Of a DNA stretch of 40,658 bases, positions 7,404 to 15,843 are shown in pieces; position 1 is the stretch's first letter, and every line of letters begins with the position of its first letter. The position numbers were made by a program, and so were the translations under genes. The notes beneath the pieces were generated by a model, which did no database searches, was not told the origin of the DNA, and saw only the letters and a list, made by a program, of their open reading frames with translations. The stretch is from the NCBI GenBank assembly GCA_020632415.1, contig JACKFO010000002.1, positions 185,947 through 226,604 of the forward strand, in the 5' to 3' direction. Source of the DNA: Candidatus Nomurabacteria bacterium. Its GTDB lineage: Bacteria > Patescibacteriota > Patescibacteriia > UBA1558 > GWA2-36-10.

Positions 7404-8144
7404 ATGAAAAGTAAAGAAGATTTGAAAATTTTATTACTCCAAATTAGAGAAGACGAGATTACTTTGCAAGAAGAGTATGAAAATTTTTTATTGAGAGCTA
7501 ATTTAAAAGCTGAGCAATTAGTGGCTTATAATATTTTTTTTCTTCAATCTTTTGATCAAGAAATAGTTAATGATTTTGACGCAGTTTTTATTGGTGGTTC
7601 TTCAGATGTGACAGTGACTGATCCAGAAAAATTTCCTTTTTTAAGCAGTGCTTATCAGCTCTTACAAAAATGTGCAGAAACTAATATTCCAGTTTTCGCT
7701 TCTTGTTTTGGCATTCAGATGCTTAGCGAAGCCTTTGGCGGAAAAGTGATCATTGATAAAGATAATAAAGAATTAGGAACTTTTAGAATTTATTTAGAGC
7801 CAGAAGCAAGAGAAGATCATTTATTGAGTCATTTGCCAGAAACTTTTTTAGCAGTTTTAGGACACAAAGAACGAATTGAACGATTACCAGAAAATTTTGT
7901 AGTTTTAGCCAAGAGCAAAAAATGTCCCTATCAAATTATCAGAATGCAAGATAAACCAATCTATGGTTTTCAGTTTCATCCAGAAATGAACAAAAAAGAT
8001 TTTGTTAATCGTTTAGAACGTTATCAAACGGTTTATGTTGATGATCAAAATAGTTTACAAAATATCATTGATCAAGCAGAGGATACGCCGGAGGCTAATC
8101 AGCTTTTAAAGATTTTTTTAGAAAAAATAGTAATTAACGGATGA
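7404..8144 (+). CDS. Class I glutamine amidotransferase (GATase1) domain protein
   Basis: 246 aa with the nucleophile-elbow motif SCFGIQML and the His/Glu motif FQFHPE. Confidence 0.8.
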   Translation: MKSKEDLKILLLQIREDEITLQEEYENFLLRANLKAEQLVAYNIFFLQSFDQEIVNDFDAVFIGGSSDVTVTDPEKFPFLSSAYQLLQKCAETNIPVFASCFGIQMLSEAFGGKVIIDKDNKELGTFRIYLEPEAREDHLLSHLPETFLAVLGHKERIERLPENFVVLAKSKKCPYQIIRMQDKPIYGFQFHPEMNKKDFVNRLERYQTVYVDDQNSLQNIIDQAEDTPEANQLLKIFLEKIVING

Positions 8145-8148
8145 TTAT

Positions 8149-8176
8149 TTGACAGTTTTTATAGATTTGCTAATAT
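8149..8176 (+). promoter_or_regulatory. Sigma70-type promoter of a tiny transcription unit
   Basis: TTGACA (8149-8154), a 16-nt spacer, then TAATAT (8171-8176). Confidence 0.6.
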
Positions 8177-8183
8177 TTATTTT

Positions 8184-8264
8184 ATGGATTTACTAAATAA
8201 ACAAATCAGCCAGAGTTTAGCTATTATTTTTAGCTTTATTTTGTTGCCAACTTGGCGGCTCTGA
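8184..8264 (+). other. 26-codon leaderless ORF (MDLLNKQISQSLAIIFSFILLPTWRL), or the core of a small structured RNA
   Basis: The ATG sits 7 nt after the -10 box with no SD. A long imperfect inverted repeat (8188-8210 against 8261-8289) encloses the ORF. A terminator lies at 8301-8324. Confidence 0.35.
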
Positions 8265-8300
8265 TTTTGTTTACTAGTCTAAGTAAATTAAACACTGAAG

Positions 8301-8324
8301 TCGCCTAAAATTGGCGATTTTTTT
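8301..8324 (+). terminator. Rho-independent terminator
   Basis: TCGCC (8301-8305) pairs with GGCGA (8313-8317). TTTTTTT follows. Confidence 0.65.
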
Positions 8325-8388
8325 GTTAACTTGTTCTTTTCACAATCAAATAAGTCAAAACAAGAAACAGCAGCGAAAGGATCAGAAA

Positions 8389-9633
8389 ATGAACGCCACT
8401 CGTTCTTTGCACATTCATGATGTGGTTCCCTCTTTTCCTCTGGAAAGTGTCGAGGGTATCGAGGCTTACAATTGGCGGGCTTTGTTGCTCAAGGGCGATA
8501 AAGTAGTTGGCGAGCATCCTTGTTTGTATGATTACCTTACTTGGTTAAAAGAAATCGGCATCGGTAACAATGGTGATGTGTTCCCAGTGCCTAGCAACGC
8601 TCTTTATGAGTGCATTCAAGATGATCCTAATCTTCAGAGGCAATTGCGTCAGTGGATTGGTGCTAGGGGATTGCACGTTCGTTTGTTTGCCCGTGGTTTG
8701 GCTGATCAGCTTTTTTTGGAACATGTTGGCTTGTTGTCTCAGGCAGAAGGCTTCAATCCGCATTTGGATTTGGCTGACCAAGCCAATGATAAGGCTTTTT
8801 TGAGAAAAGTCTTAGATGAGCACTTTGATCCTCGTTGGGCGCCTTTTAATCTGATTGTCAACAGGCAGTCAGAAATCATGTCCGCAATCAAGAAGATCGC
8901 TAAGCATGATTGCGATTTTATCGTGGTTAAGGCGCCACATTTGGCTTCTGGAGAAGGAATGGATTTTTTTCCTCTGGAGCAACAAATGTCTGCGGCTCAT
9001 TTTGCAGCTAAGCTTTGGGCCAAGGGTAATCGGACAATCATCATTGAGGCTGGCTATCGTCACGATAGTTTCAGTACGCAGTGGGAGATTCGCCCTAGTG
9101 AGTTGAGGTTTATCGGCTTTTCTCAACAGATTATTAGCCAGGGCAGAATCTATCAAGGTAGTATTATTTCTTCTGACTCTTTGCTAAATTTGAGCCTAGC
9201 AGAAGCGACTTTGGCGCAAGAGCGTTGTCATGATTTAGCTTTGTGGTACCAGAGCCGCGGATATGTTGGCACCTTTGGTATTGATTTCATTGTTGTGCGT
9301 AGGCCAGGTCAAAAGCACGACGGAGAGCTTTTTTTACTTGAGATCAACGGTCGAGTGACTGGCGCTACTTATCCATTTTCGGTTGGTCGGCAGTTGGCAG
9401 ATCAGGGAATCTTTGAACACGCAATTGCTACTTCTAGTTGTCATCCAAAGAGAGTGGAAGATTGGCGAACTTTAGTCAAAAAACTTGGTTCAAAGATTTT
9501 CAATGGTCGTTATGGCGTGATTCCTTTTTTGCCAAATCTACTGCCCAGCAAAATCGCTTTGATGGCTGTGGATTCCGATGTTCGAGCAGCAAACTTTCGC
9601 TTGGAAGAGGCACAAGAGTTGCTTGGGAACTGA
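8389..9633 (+). CDS. ATP-grasp fold ligase-like protein; possibly a peptide or amino-acid ligase family with a pre-ATP-grasp N-domain
   Basis: ATG at 8389 with AAAGGA 7 nt upstream. The listed TTG start at 8311 lies inside the upstream terminator. ATP-grasp-like C-terminal motifs are present (GTFGIDFIV, FLLEINGRVTGATYP). The 8401-8460 segment counts about 47% G+C by hand. Confidence 0.65.
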   Translation: MNATRSLHIHDVVPSFPLESVEGIEAYNWRALLLKGDKVVGEHPCLYDYLTWLKEIGIGNNGDVFPVPSNALYECIQDDPNLQRQLRQWIGARGLHVRLFARGLADQLFLEHVGLLSQAEGFNPHLDLADQANDKAFLRKVLDEHFDPRWAPFNLIVNRQSEIMSAIKKIAKHDCDFIVVKAPHLASGEGMDFFPLEQQMSAAHFAAKLWAKGNRTIIIEAGYRHDSFSTQWEIRPSELRFIGFSQQIISQGRIYQGSIISSDSLLNLSLAEATLAQERCHDLALWYQSRGYVGTFGIDFIVVRRPGQKHDGELFLLEINGRVTGATYPFSVGRQLADQGIFEHAIATSSCHPKRVEDWRTLVKKLGSKIFNGRYGVIPFLPNLLPSKIALMAVDSDVRAANFRLEEAQELLGN

Positions 9634-9650
9634 TCTTGGATTTGACTTTT

Positions 9651-9683
9651 TGCCCCGGGTGTGTATCGCTCGGGGCTTTTTTT
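9651..9683 (+). terminator. Rho-independent terminator
   Basis: GCCCCGGG (9651-9658) pairs with CTCGGGGC (9668-9675). TTTTTTTT follows. Confidence 0.75.
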
Positions 9684-9766
9684 TCTTGATTAATATTCAC
9701 AAACTTTGACAAATGTGCTAGTATTCCTAAGTAAAATTAATAATTAACAGGTTAAAGTCAAAAGAT

Positions 9767-10048
9767 ATGGCAAAAATGACTAAAACAGAAATGCTTTCAG
9801 CCTTAGCTGACGCTACAGGTTTAAGCAAAAAAGATGTAAAAAACTTCTTAGACGTCATGACAGAAATGGCTTACAAAGAAGTTAAGAAAAACGGAGAATT
9901 CTCTTTGTCTGGCTTAGGTAAGCTAGTTAGAGTAGACCGTAAAGCTCGCGAAGGTCGCAATCCAGCTACCGGCGAGTCCATCCACATTCCAGCAAAAACC
10001 GTGGTTAAATTCCGCGTTGCTAAAGCTGCCAAAGAAGCAGTATTGTAA
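9767..10048 (+). CDS. hup: HU/IHF-family nucleoid DNA-binding protein
   Basis: 93 aa with the HU fold pattern, including the beta-arm sequence RKAREGRNPATGESIHIPA. Confidence 0.9.
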   Translation: MAKMTKTEMLSALADATGLSKKDVKNFLDVMTEMAYKEVKKNGEFSLSGLGKLVRVDRKAREGRNPATGESIHIPAKTVVKFRVAKAAKEAVL

Positions 10049-10067
10049 GAATCTTTCTTATTCAAAA

Positions 10068-10100
10068 AACTACTCAGCATTAATTTGCTAGTAGTTTTTT
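10068..10100. terminator. Bidirectional terminator between convergent genes
   Basis: AACTACT (10068-10074) pairs with AGTAGTT (10090-10096). An A-run and a T-run flank the stem. Confidence 0.6.
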
Positions 10101-10120
10101 GTTTATTTATTTTTGGAAAT

Positions 10121-12223
10121 TTATCTTTGATAAACAAAGATTTGATTTTTGCCAACTAGAAAATAATTGTCAGCAGAATCTTTGGCTTGTTCAATGGCAG
10201 TTTTGGCAGAGTGCCAGTAATTGTTGACTACAAAATAAAGTTTATCAACACCTGCTTTATCCATGGCTAGATTTGCTTCTTCTTTACTGGCTTTATTTTC
10301 GATCATTTGAATAAAATTACGATAGATATTATCACTGCCCAGAGGCATAGAGTAAAAGAAGTTTCCTTGATAATAATTTTTAAAGCCAAAAGTATTAATT
10401 GCTGCAGCGCCTACCATTTGGTTCGCTAAAACAATATAAGCTTCTCCCTGAGCCGATTCTTCAATCAAGTGGACCGTTTCTAGATCGTCTTGGCTGATAT
10501 TAAAACTTTTGCTATTTAAATGACGGTCATAGAGTGGATAGCTAAAATAAGTGGCGCTTGCCAAAATGATAATGCTCAAGCAAATAATCCAGAGTTTATA
10601 GATGCTCAAGCGGGATTTTTGTAAGTATTTTTCCCACCAAAAATACCAGGCAGTCAAGAAGATTGGTAATAAAACCAAAGCCATTAAATAAATAATTCTG
10701 AGTAAATAAGCATTTTGTTCATAGTCAATTTGTTTGTTAAAAGAGATGAAAATTCGGGCCAAAAGATAATTAATCAAAAGAATAATTAATAAAACTAAAT
10801 GTTTATTAAAAAATAAATATTTATGTTTTTTGACGATTAAGATCCAAGAAAAAATGACCAGAACAATAAAAATATAAGTTCTATTTTGACCAATATTATG
10901 AATCAAGTCTAAAGGAAAATTAAAGTCATGATAAAAAACAAATTTTGGCAATTCAAATAAAGGCCATGGTTTCCAAGTAATGATTTGTTGCCAAGTTTGT
11001 TGATTTAGTTTCTGATAAATAATCAGTAAAATTGGTAGACTTAAGCCAGATAAAATAAAGATCAAAGTAAATAATATTTTTTTAAAGCTTTTTTTGAGCG
11101 GCAGTGTTTGGCTCAAGTAGAGGACAGAAAAATAAATCACTGGTATGCCACCCAGAGGATGAATTGTGGAGATTGCTAAACCAAAGATTAAAGATAGGCT
11201 TAAGTTTGTTTTATCTTTTTTGATAATTGGTAATAAGAAAATAAAAATAGCAATTAGTAAAAAAGCTAAATTTTGCGGGGTGGTCATAATCGCAAAATTA
11301 AAGCCCAAAAATAGACTCAAGAGCACAAAGATCAAACTTATTCTGCTTGGCCATTTAAAGCCGTATTTTAAGCCATAGAAGAGGCTTTTTGGCCATAAAA
11401 TACTGAAGGCTAGAGGCATTATTAGTTTGTTGATTGTTGCCAGGTCAATTTGCCAAAGATCATGAAACCAAAAAGTCCAAGCGTATTGTCCAAGATAAAA
11501 AAATAAGCGAGGTTTAATTGTGCCAGTTTCTTCAATGACTTTCATTGCCGCCTGGTGCAAAAATGGATCGTAGCCAAAGCCTAAGTGATAAATAATCAAA
11601 GCTAGACTAGAGATTAAGAAAAAATAACAGGAAATTAAAAATAGCGCGGTATTATTGGATTTACTTTTGATTAAATAAATAATTAAAATTGCACTTAAAA
11701 AGACAAATAAAATCCAGAATTTTAATCCTAGGAGCTCCCAAGGAGAACGAATGATTTCTGAGCTTGCTTTACGGAAGATTAAAATAAAAGTTAAAATTTC
11801 AGTCAAAATAAAAATACCAGGCAAGATGATATTTTTTATGTTAGCTAAGCGGATGCTAGGCAAGTCAAGATTTGAAAAAAAATAATGCTGAGCTCCTTTT
11901 TTCCAAGAAACAAACTCAACGATGCTAGTGATAGAAATCAGAGAAAATAAAAAAGTTAGGGTGTTTATTTGATAAACGTGGTAAAATAAAGTGTAGACCA
12001 AACTAAGATAAGAGAGGATGGTCAGAAGGCCAAGTGTATTTTTGAAAGAATTTTTAATTTTAAAAAAGAAAAGATCACCAATTTTTTTGCTATTTAAGCT
12101 CAAATAAAAAAGACCAACAAAGATTCCCAAAATTGGCCAATGTAAATAAAATAAATTACCAATGATAATGGCAATCGAAAGGCCCTGCAATGCAAGATGT
12201 TGTTTTCTTCGGAGGCTAATCAT
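10121..12223 (-). CDS. Large polytopic membrane protein with a C-terminal extracytoplasmic domain. Function unknown; possibly a GT-C-like glycosyltransferase.
   Basis: 700-aa uninterrupted ORF with more than 15 hydrophobic segments, followed by a soluble tail of about 130 aa. Confidence 0.7.
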   Translation of the reverse strand: MISLRRKQHLALQGLSIAIIIGNLFYLHWPILGIFVGLFYLSLNSKKIGDLFFFKIKNSFKNTLGLLTILSYLSLVYTLFYHVYQINTLTFLFSLISITSIVEFVSWKKGAQHYFFSNLDLPSIRLANIKNIILPGIFILTEILTFILIFRKASSEIIRSPWELLGLKFWILFVFLSAILIIYLIKSKSNNTALFLISCYFFLISSLALIIYHLGFGYDPFLHQAAMKVIEETGTIKPRLFFYLGQYAWTFWFHDLWQIDLATINKLIMPLAFSILWPKSLFYGLKYGFKWPSRISLIFVLLSLFLGFNFAIMTTPQNLAFLLIAIFIFLLPIIKKDKTNLSLSLIFGLAISTIHPLGGIPVIYFSVLYLSQTLPLKKSFKKILFTLIFILSGLSLPILLIIYQKLNQQTWQQIITWKPWPLFELPKFVFYHDFNFPLDLIHNIGQNRTYIFIVLVIFSWILIVKKHKYLFFNKHLVLLIILLINYLLARIFISFNKQIDYEQNAYLLRIIYLMALVLLPIFLTAWYFWWEKYLQKSRLSIYKLWIICLSIIILASATYFSYPLYDRHLNSKSFNISQDDLETVHLIEESAQGEAYIVLANQMVGAAAINTFGFKNYYQGNFFYSMPLGSDNIYRNFIQMIENKASKEEANLAMDKAGVDKLYFVVNNYWHSAKTAIEQAKDSADNYFLVGKNQIFVYQR

Positions 12224-12269
12224 CGCCTATAAGTTTAACACAAGTTTAGTTTTTTGTTAAAATTAGTTT

Positions 12270-12770
12270 ATGATTTTTAATTCTCGTCAAATTATTTTGT
12301 TTTTTCGTTATTTATGGCTAATTTTAGCCTTAGTCGTAATTTTGTATTTGATTAATCAAAACATTATTCAAGAGCGGACACTGACTTATCATTTAGATTT
12401 TGCTCAGGCTATTACCAGAGATTTAGAGGGTTTGTATCCTCGAGAAAGAACTAGTTATCTTAAAGACTCGGCAAAATTGCAGATTTTAGCCGAGCCATTG
12501 TACTTGCAAGCTTATTTACCGACAAAATTTAAAACTTTAAAAATTCAGAGTTTTTGGCATTTAGATCAAAATAATTTAAAAATTGCTTTAAAGCAAAAAG
12601 ACTCTTCTTGGCTTTGGAAAAATGTAGAGGCCGAAAATTTTTCTCTTGATTTTGATTTACAGCAAGCAAGTTTGGTCAATAATAAAATAGAGCTAATTTT
12701 TTCTTTGCCAGATTTAAAGCCTGAAAATCAAGTTTTACTTGATAATTTAGATTTAGTTTTAGAAAAATAA
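12270..12770 (+). CDS. Hypothetical protein with an N-terminal TM anchor
   Basis: 166-aa ORF. TGTTAAAAT ends at 12263, 6 nt before the ATG, which fits the leaderless pattern. Confidence 0.6.
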   Translation: MIFNSRQIILFFRYLWLILALVVILYLINQNIIQERTLTYHLDFAQAITRDLEGLYPRERTSYLKDSAKLQILAEPLYLQAYLPTKFKTLKIQSFWHLDQNNLKIALKQKDSSWLWKNVEAENFSLDFDLQQASLVNNKIELIFSLPDLKPENQVLLDNLDLVLEK

Positions 12771-12771
12771 A

Positions 12772-12963
12772 ATGAGTATTTTAAGAACAACTAGAAAAAT
12801 ATATCGAGATTTTTTTACGGTCGCTCTTTGCACTTGGCTATTGCTAGTGATTGTCGAGTTTATTGATCGGGGTTCAGTTCATCGTTTTATTAACTTGGAG
12901 TACTGGTTTTATTTTTTGCTACTTGCTAGTTTGGTTTTTGTTTTTTTTCCAAATAAACGTTAA
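12772..12963 (+). CDS. Small membrane protein with two TM helices, hypothetical
   Basis: 63-aa ORF that starts 1 nt after the previous stop. It has two hydrophobic segments. Confidence 0.5.
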   Translation: MSILRTTRKIYRDFFTVALCTWLLLVIVEFIDRGSVHRFINLEYWFYFLLLASLVFVFFPNKR

Positions 12964-12993
12964 TTTGTGTTATAATAAAAGCAAAGCAAAGCC

Positions 12994-13074
12994 ATGAACA
13001 AAAAGAAAAAAATAGCACGAAAAAAACATCGTCGAAACAAAGGCAAAGAAGTTGCCAATGTTCGTCATCGTTAA
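12994..13074 (+). CDS. Candidate 26-aa highly basic peptide (MNKKKKIARKKHRRNKGKEVANVRHR)
   Basis: TGtTATAAT (12968-12976) lies 17 nt upstream. 14 of the 26 residues are K, R or H. The ORF ends 3 nt before the next gene. It is too short to call with confidence. Confidence 0.3.
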   Translation: MNKKKKIARKKHRRNKGKEVANVRHR

Positions 13075-13077
13075 GTT

Positions 13078-14403
13078 ATGAAAAACAAAAATAAAAAAAT
13101 GCACGTGGTAGCTGTCGATATGGGCTACGGTCATCAACGAGCAGCTTATCCTTTGCTAGGCTCTTCTTATAACGGCATTGTCAATGCTAATCATTACCAG
13201 GGAATTTCTAAAAAAGAGGAGTTGTCTTGGCAAGAAGGGCGTCGCTGGTATGAAATCATTTCTCGTTTCAAAAAAGTGCCAATTTTAGGTAGCTTGGCCT
13301 TTGCTATTATGGATAATTTTCAGAAGATTGAGCCATTTTATCCGCGTCGTGATTTATCTAAAAATTCTTCTCAACAGAAATACTTTTATCAGAAAGTCAA
13401 AAGAGGTTTAGGTAAAGATTTGATCAAAGATTTAAATCAAAATCCCTTACCTTTGGTGACTTCTTTTTTTGTGCCAGCTTATTTTGCAGAACATAATAAT
13501 TATCAAGGGCCGATTTATTGTATTGTTTGTGATGCTGACATTGCTCGAGCTTGGGCTCCGCCAGAACCAAAAAATAGTCGGATTATTTATTTGGCGCCAA
13601 ACAAAAGAGTAAGGGAGCGTTTATTGCTCTATGGTGTAAAACCAAAAAATATTTTAGTGACCGGTTTTCCATTGCCAAAAGAAAATATCGGAGGTTTACA
13701 GCAAACTATTTTAAAATCAGATTTAAAATCAAGGATCTACAATCTTGATCCCAAAGGAATTTATCGCAAAAAATACGCTAAATTAATCGAAGATTATTTG
13801 TGTCCAGTCAAAGAAATTAAAAAGAACAAACATCCTTTGACGATTACTTTTGCTGTTGGTGGCGCTGGCGCTCAGAGAGAATTAGGAGCTTTGATTTTGG
13901 AAAAATTAAAAAAGCATTTAAAAGCTGACAAAGTAAGATTAAATTTAGTTGCTGGCGTTCGTAATGATGTTTATCTTTTTTTTCAAGAAGTTTTAAAAAA
14001 ATGCGCCCTGACTTCTTCAGATAGCGTTCGAATCATCTATGCTGAAGACAAGCTTAGTTATTTTAGAGAGTTTAACAAAATTTTGAGAAAAACCGATGTT
14101 CTTTGGACCAAGCCAAGTGAGCTGACTTTTTATAGTGGCTTGGGAATTCCGATTATTATGTCTAAGCCAATCGGTTCGCAAGAAGAATACAATCGTAACT
14201 GGTTACTAGCTATTGGCGCTGGCATTGATTCTCAAGATCCAAATTATGTTGATGAATGGCTTTTTGATTGGCTTAATTCTGGCTGGCTGGCCGAGGCAGC
14301 AATGCAAGGCTTTTTGGATGCGCCAAAAATGGGAACTTATCATATTGAAAATATTGTTTTACACAACAAAGTTCAAGAGATTAAAGATATTCAATTGTTA
14401 TAA
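13078..14403 (+). CDS. GT-B fold glycosyltransferase-like protein, resembling the MGDG-synthase/MurG-like family
   Basis: 441 aa with an N-terminal VDMGYGHQRAA motif, a central FAVGGAGAQ motif and a C-terminal PSELTFYSGLGIPII...GSQEEYN pattern typical of GT28-like enzymes. The assignment is made from memory only. Confidence 0.55.
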   Translation: MKNKNKKMHVVAVDMGYGHQRAAYPLLGSSYNGIVNANHYQGISKKEELSWQEGRRWYEIISRFKKVPILGSLAFAIMDNFQKIEPFYPRRDLSKNSSQQKYFYQKVKRGLGKDLIKDLNQNPLPLVTSFFVPAYFAEHNNYQGPIYCIVCDADIARAWAPPEPKNSRIIYLAPNKRVRERLLLYGVKPKNILVTGFPLPKENIGGLQQTILKSDLKSRIYNLDPKGIYRKKYAKLIEDYLCPVKEIKKNKHPLTITFAVGGAGAQRELGALILEKLKKHLKADKVRLNLVAGVRNDVYLFFQEVLKKCALTSSDSVRIIYAEDKLSYFREFNKILRKTDVLWTKPSELTFYSGLGIPIIMSKPIGSQEEYNRNWLLAIGAGIDSQDPNYVDEWLFDWLNSGWLAEAAMQGFLDAPKMGTYHIENIVLHNKVQEIKDIQLL

Positions 14404-15740
14404 TGAAAATCAACACGCTGCATATCAATTTATATAAGAGCATCAAAAAACCATTGCAATTTGAAATTTTGCCGGTTAATATTTTAATTGGTCAAAACAA
14501 TTGTGGTAAAAGTAATATTTTGTATGCAATTGATTATTTGTTTGACGTTAAAGGAGTCAGTGAAATTTTAGATTATCCGGAAGCAGATATTGAAGCAGAA
14601 TTAGAATTTTCTGAAGCAGAGCAAGAAGAATGGGGCTTGCCAGAAAGACGGGCGAGCTTAAGTATCAAAAATGGTGTCAGAAAATTACATTTTCCAAAAA
14701 CAATTGTTAATTATCAAGGAGAATGGCAAAAGATTTTTTCGAAAAATGTTAAGCATTTAAATTATGAAATTTTTAATGACTTTGAACAGATCAAAGAAGA
14801 TTGGCGCAGTTTTCAAAAATACAAAACGCAATTAGCAAAATTTAGAGAAAGTTTAAAAGTCCATTTTCCTAAAGTAGTGACCAAAGAAAATGCTTTGGAC
14901 ATCAATTATGATCATGCGGGAATTAAAGAGGGTCAACGTCGAGCAACAATTGATCATTTGGGCTCTGGTTTTCGGCGAATTTTTACAACTTTGCTTTATA
15001 TTTATCATCCAGAGTATCAAATTGTGATTATTGATGAGCCGGAGACTCATTTGCATCCAGTGATGATCAAAAAGCTTTTGTGGGCCATGCAAAATGCCGC
15101 TAGTGGCCAAGTGCTATTTACTACTCACTCACCATTGTTTATTAATTCAGTGACCTTGCCTCAAGTTTTGCGAGTAGTTAAAGACAGAGTTAGTACAACA
15201 GCCTTTGGTTTGCCGATTAAAAAACAACATTATAGCTACAAGCGTTTAATGCAAGAACTTGATGCTGATAATGTAGAAATGTTTTTTGCAGATAAAGTTG
15301 TTTTGGTTGAGGGAGTTTCTGATCGAATTTTATTAAGAGGTTTAATTGATCGTTTCTATCAAGGAGACAAAGACATTAAAGTTGTTCAGACCCATGGTAA
15401 GGGCAACTTTAATATTTATTTAGATTTGTTAAATATTTTTCAAATTGAATATCTATTGGTAGCAGATAAAGATTTGATCAAATATCAGTTAGATCGAGTT
15501 TTGAATGATCTGCAGATAAAGATTAATTTACGTCAAGATAATCAGAGTATCATCAATGAATTAAAAAATTATCATATTTTTGTTTTTCCTAATGGCTCAA
15601 TTGAAAAACATTACCCACAAAAATATCAGCGAGATGACAAAAAACCGATTAATGCTTTATATGCGGCAACGGCAATTACGCAAATTGATTTTAATTCAAA
15701 TCAGATGAGGCCACTAAAAGAGATTATTAACAGTTTATAA
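14403..15740 (+). CDS. OLD-family nuclease: an ABC-type ATPase fused to a C-terminal Toprim domain
   Basis: Walker A GQNNCGKSN, ABC signature LGSGFRR, Walker B IVIIDEPETHLHP and H-loop TTHSP are all present. Toprim motifs are VVLVEGVSDRILL (Glu) and LLVADKD (DxD). The start overlaps the upstream stop (TAATG). Confidence 0.8.
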   Translation: MKINTLHINLYKSIKKPLQFEILPVNILIGQNNCGKSNILYAIDYLFDVKGVSEILDYPEADIEAELEFSEAEQEEWGLPERRASLSIKNGVRKLHFPKTIVNYQGEWQKIFSKNVKHLNYEIFNDFEQIKEDWRSFQKYKTQLAKFRESLKVHFPKVVTKENALDINYDHAGIKEGQRRATIDHLGSGFRRIFTTLLYIYHPEYQIVIIDEPETHLHPVMIKKLLWAMQNAASGQVLFTTHSPLFINSVTLPQVLRVVKDRVSTTAFGLPIKKQHYSYKRLMQELDADNVEMFFADKVVLVEGVSDRILLRGLIDRFYQGDKDIKVVQTHGKGNFNIYLDLLNIFQIEYLLVADKDLIKYQLDRVLNDLQIKINLRQDNQSIINELKNYHIFVFPNGSIEKHYPQKYQRDDKKPINALYAATAITQIDFNSNQMRPLKEIINSL

Positions 15741-15785
15741 TTTTTTTGTTATAATAATAAAAATTAATTATTAACTTACACAAAT

Positions 15786-15833
15786 ATGGAACCATGTCCA
15801 AATTGCGGTGATGATCCATGCACTTGCGAATAA
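15786..15833 (+). CDS. Candidate 15-aa Cys-rich micropeptide (MEPCPNCGDDPCTCE) with its own promoter and terminator
   Basis: TGtTATAAT sits at 15747-15755 and the ATG at 15786. The peptide has a CPxCG knuckle plus a CxC pair. A strong terminator lies at 15844-15873. The unit could instead be a small RNA. Confidence 0.3.
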   Translation: MEPCPNCGDDPCTCE

Positions 15834-15843
15834 TTTTAAAAAA

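Noticed and set aside
8311-8388. TTG-initiated N-terminal extension of the ATP-grasp ORF
   Set aside because: The extension starts inside the upstream terminator hairpin and T-run. The ATG at 8389 has an AAAGGA SD.
14403-15740. Gabija (GajA/GajB), PARIS or retron-associated Toprim system
   Set aside because: No UvrD-like helicase, no separate DUF4435/Toprim partner and no reverse transcriptase gene is present nearby. Only the stand-alone OLD-type gene can be supported.
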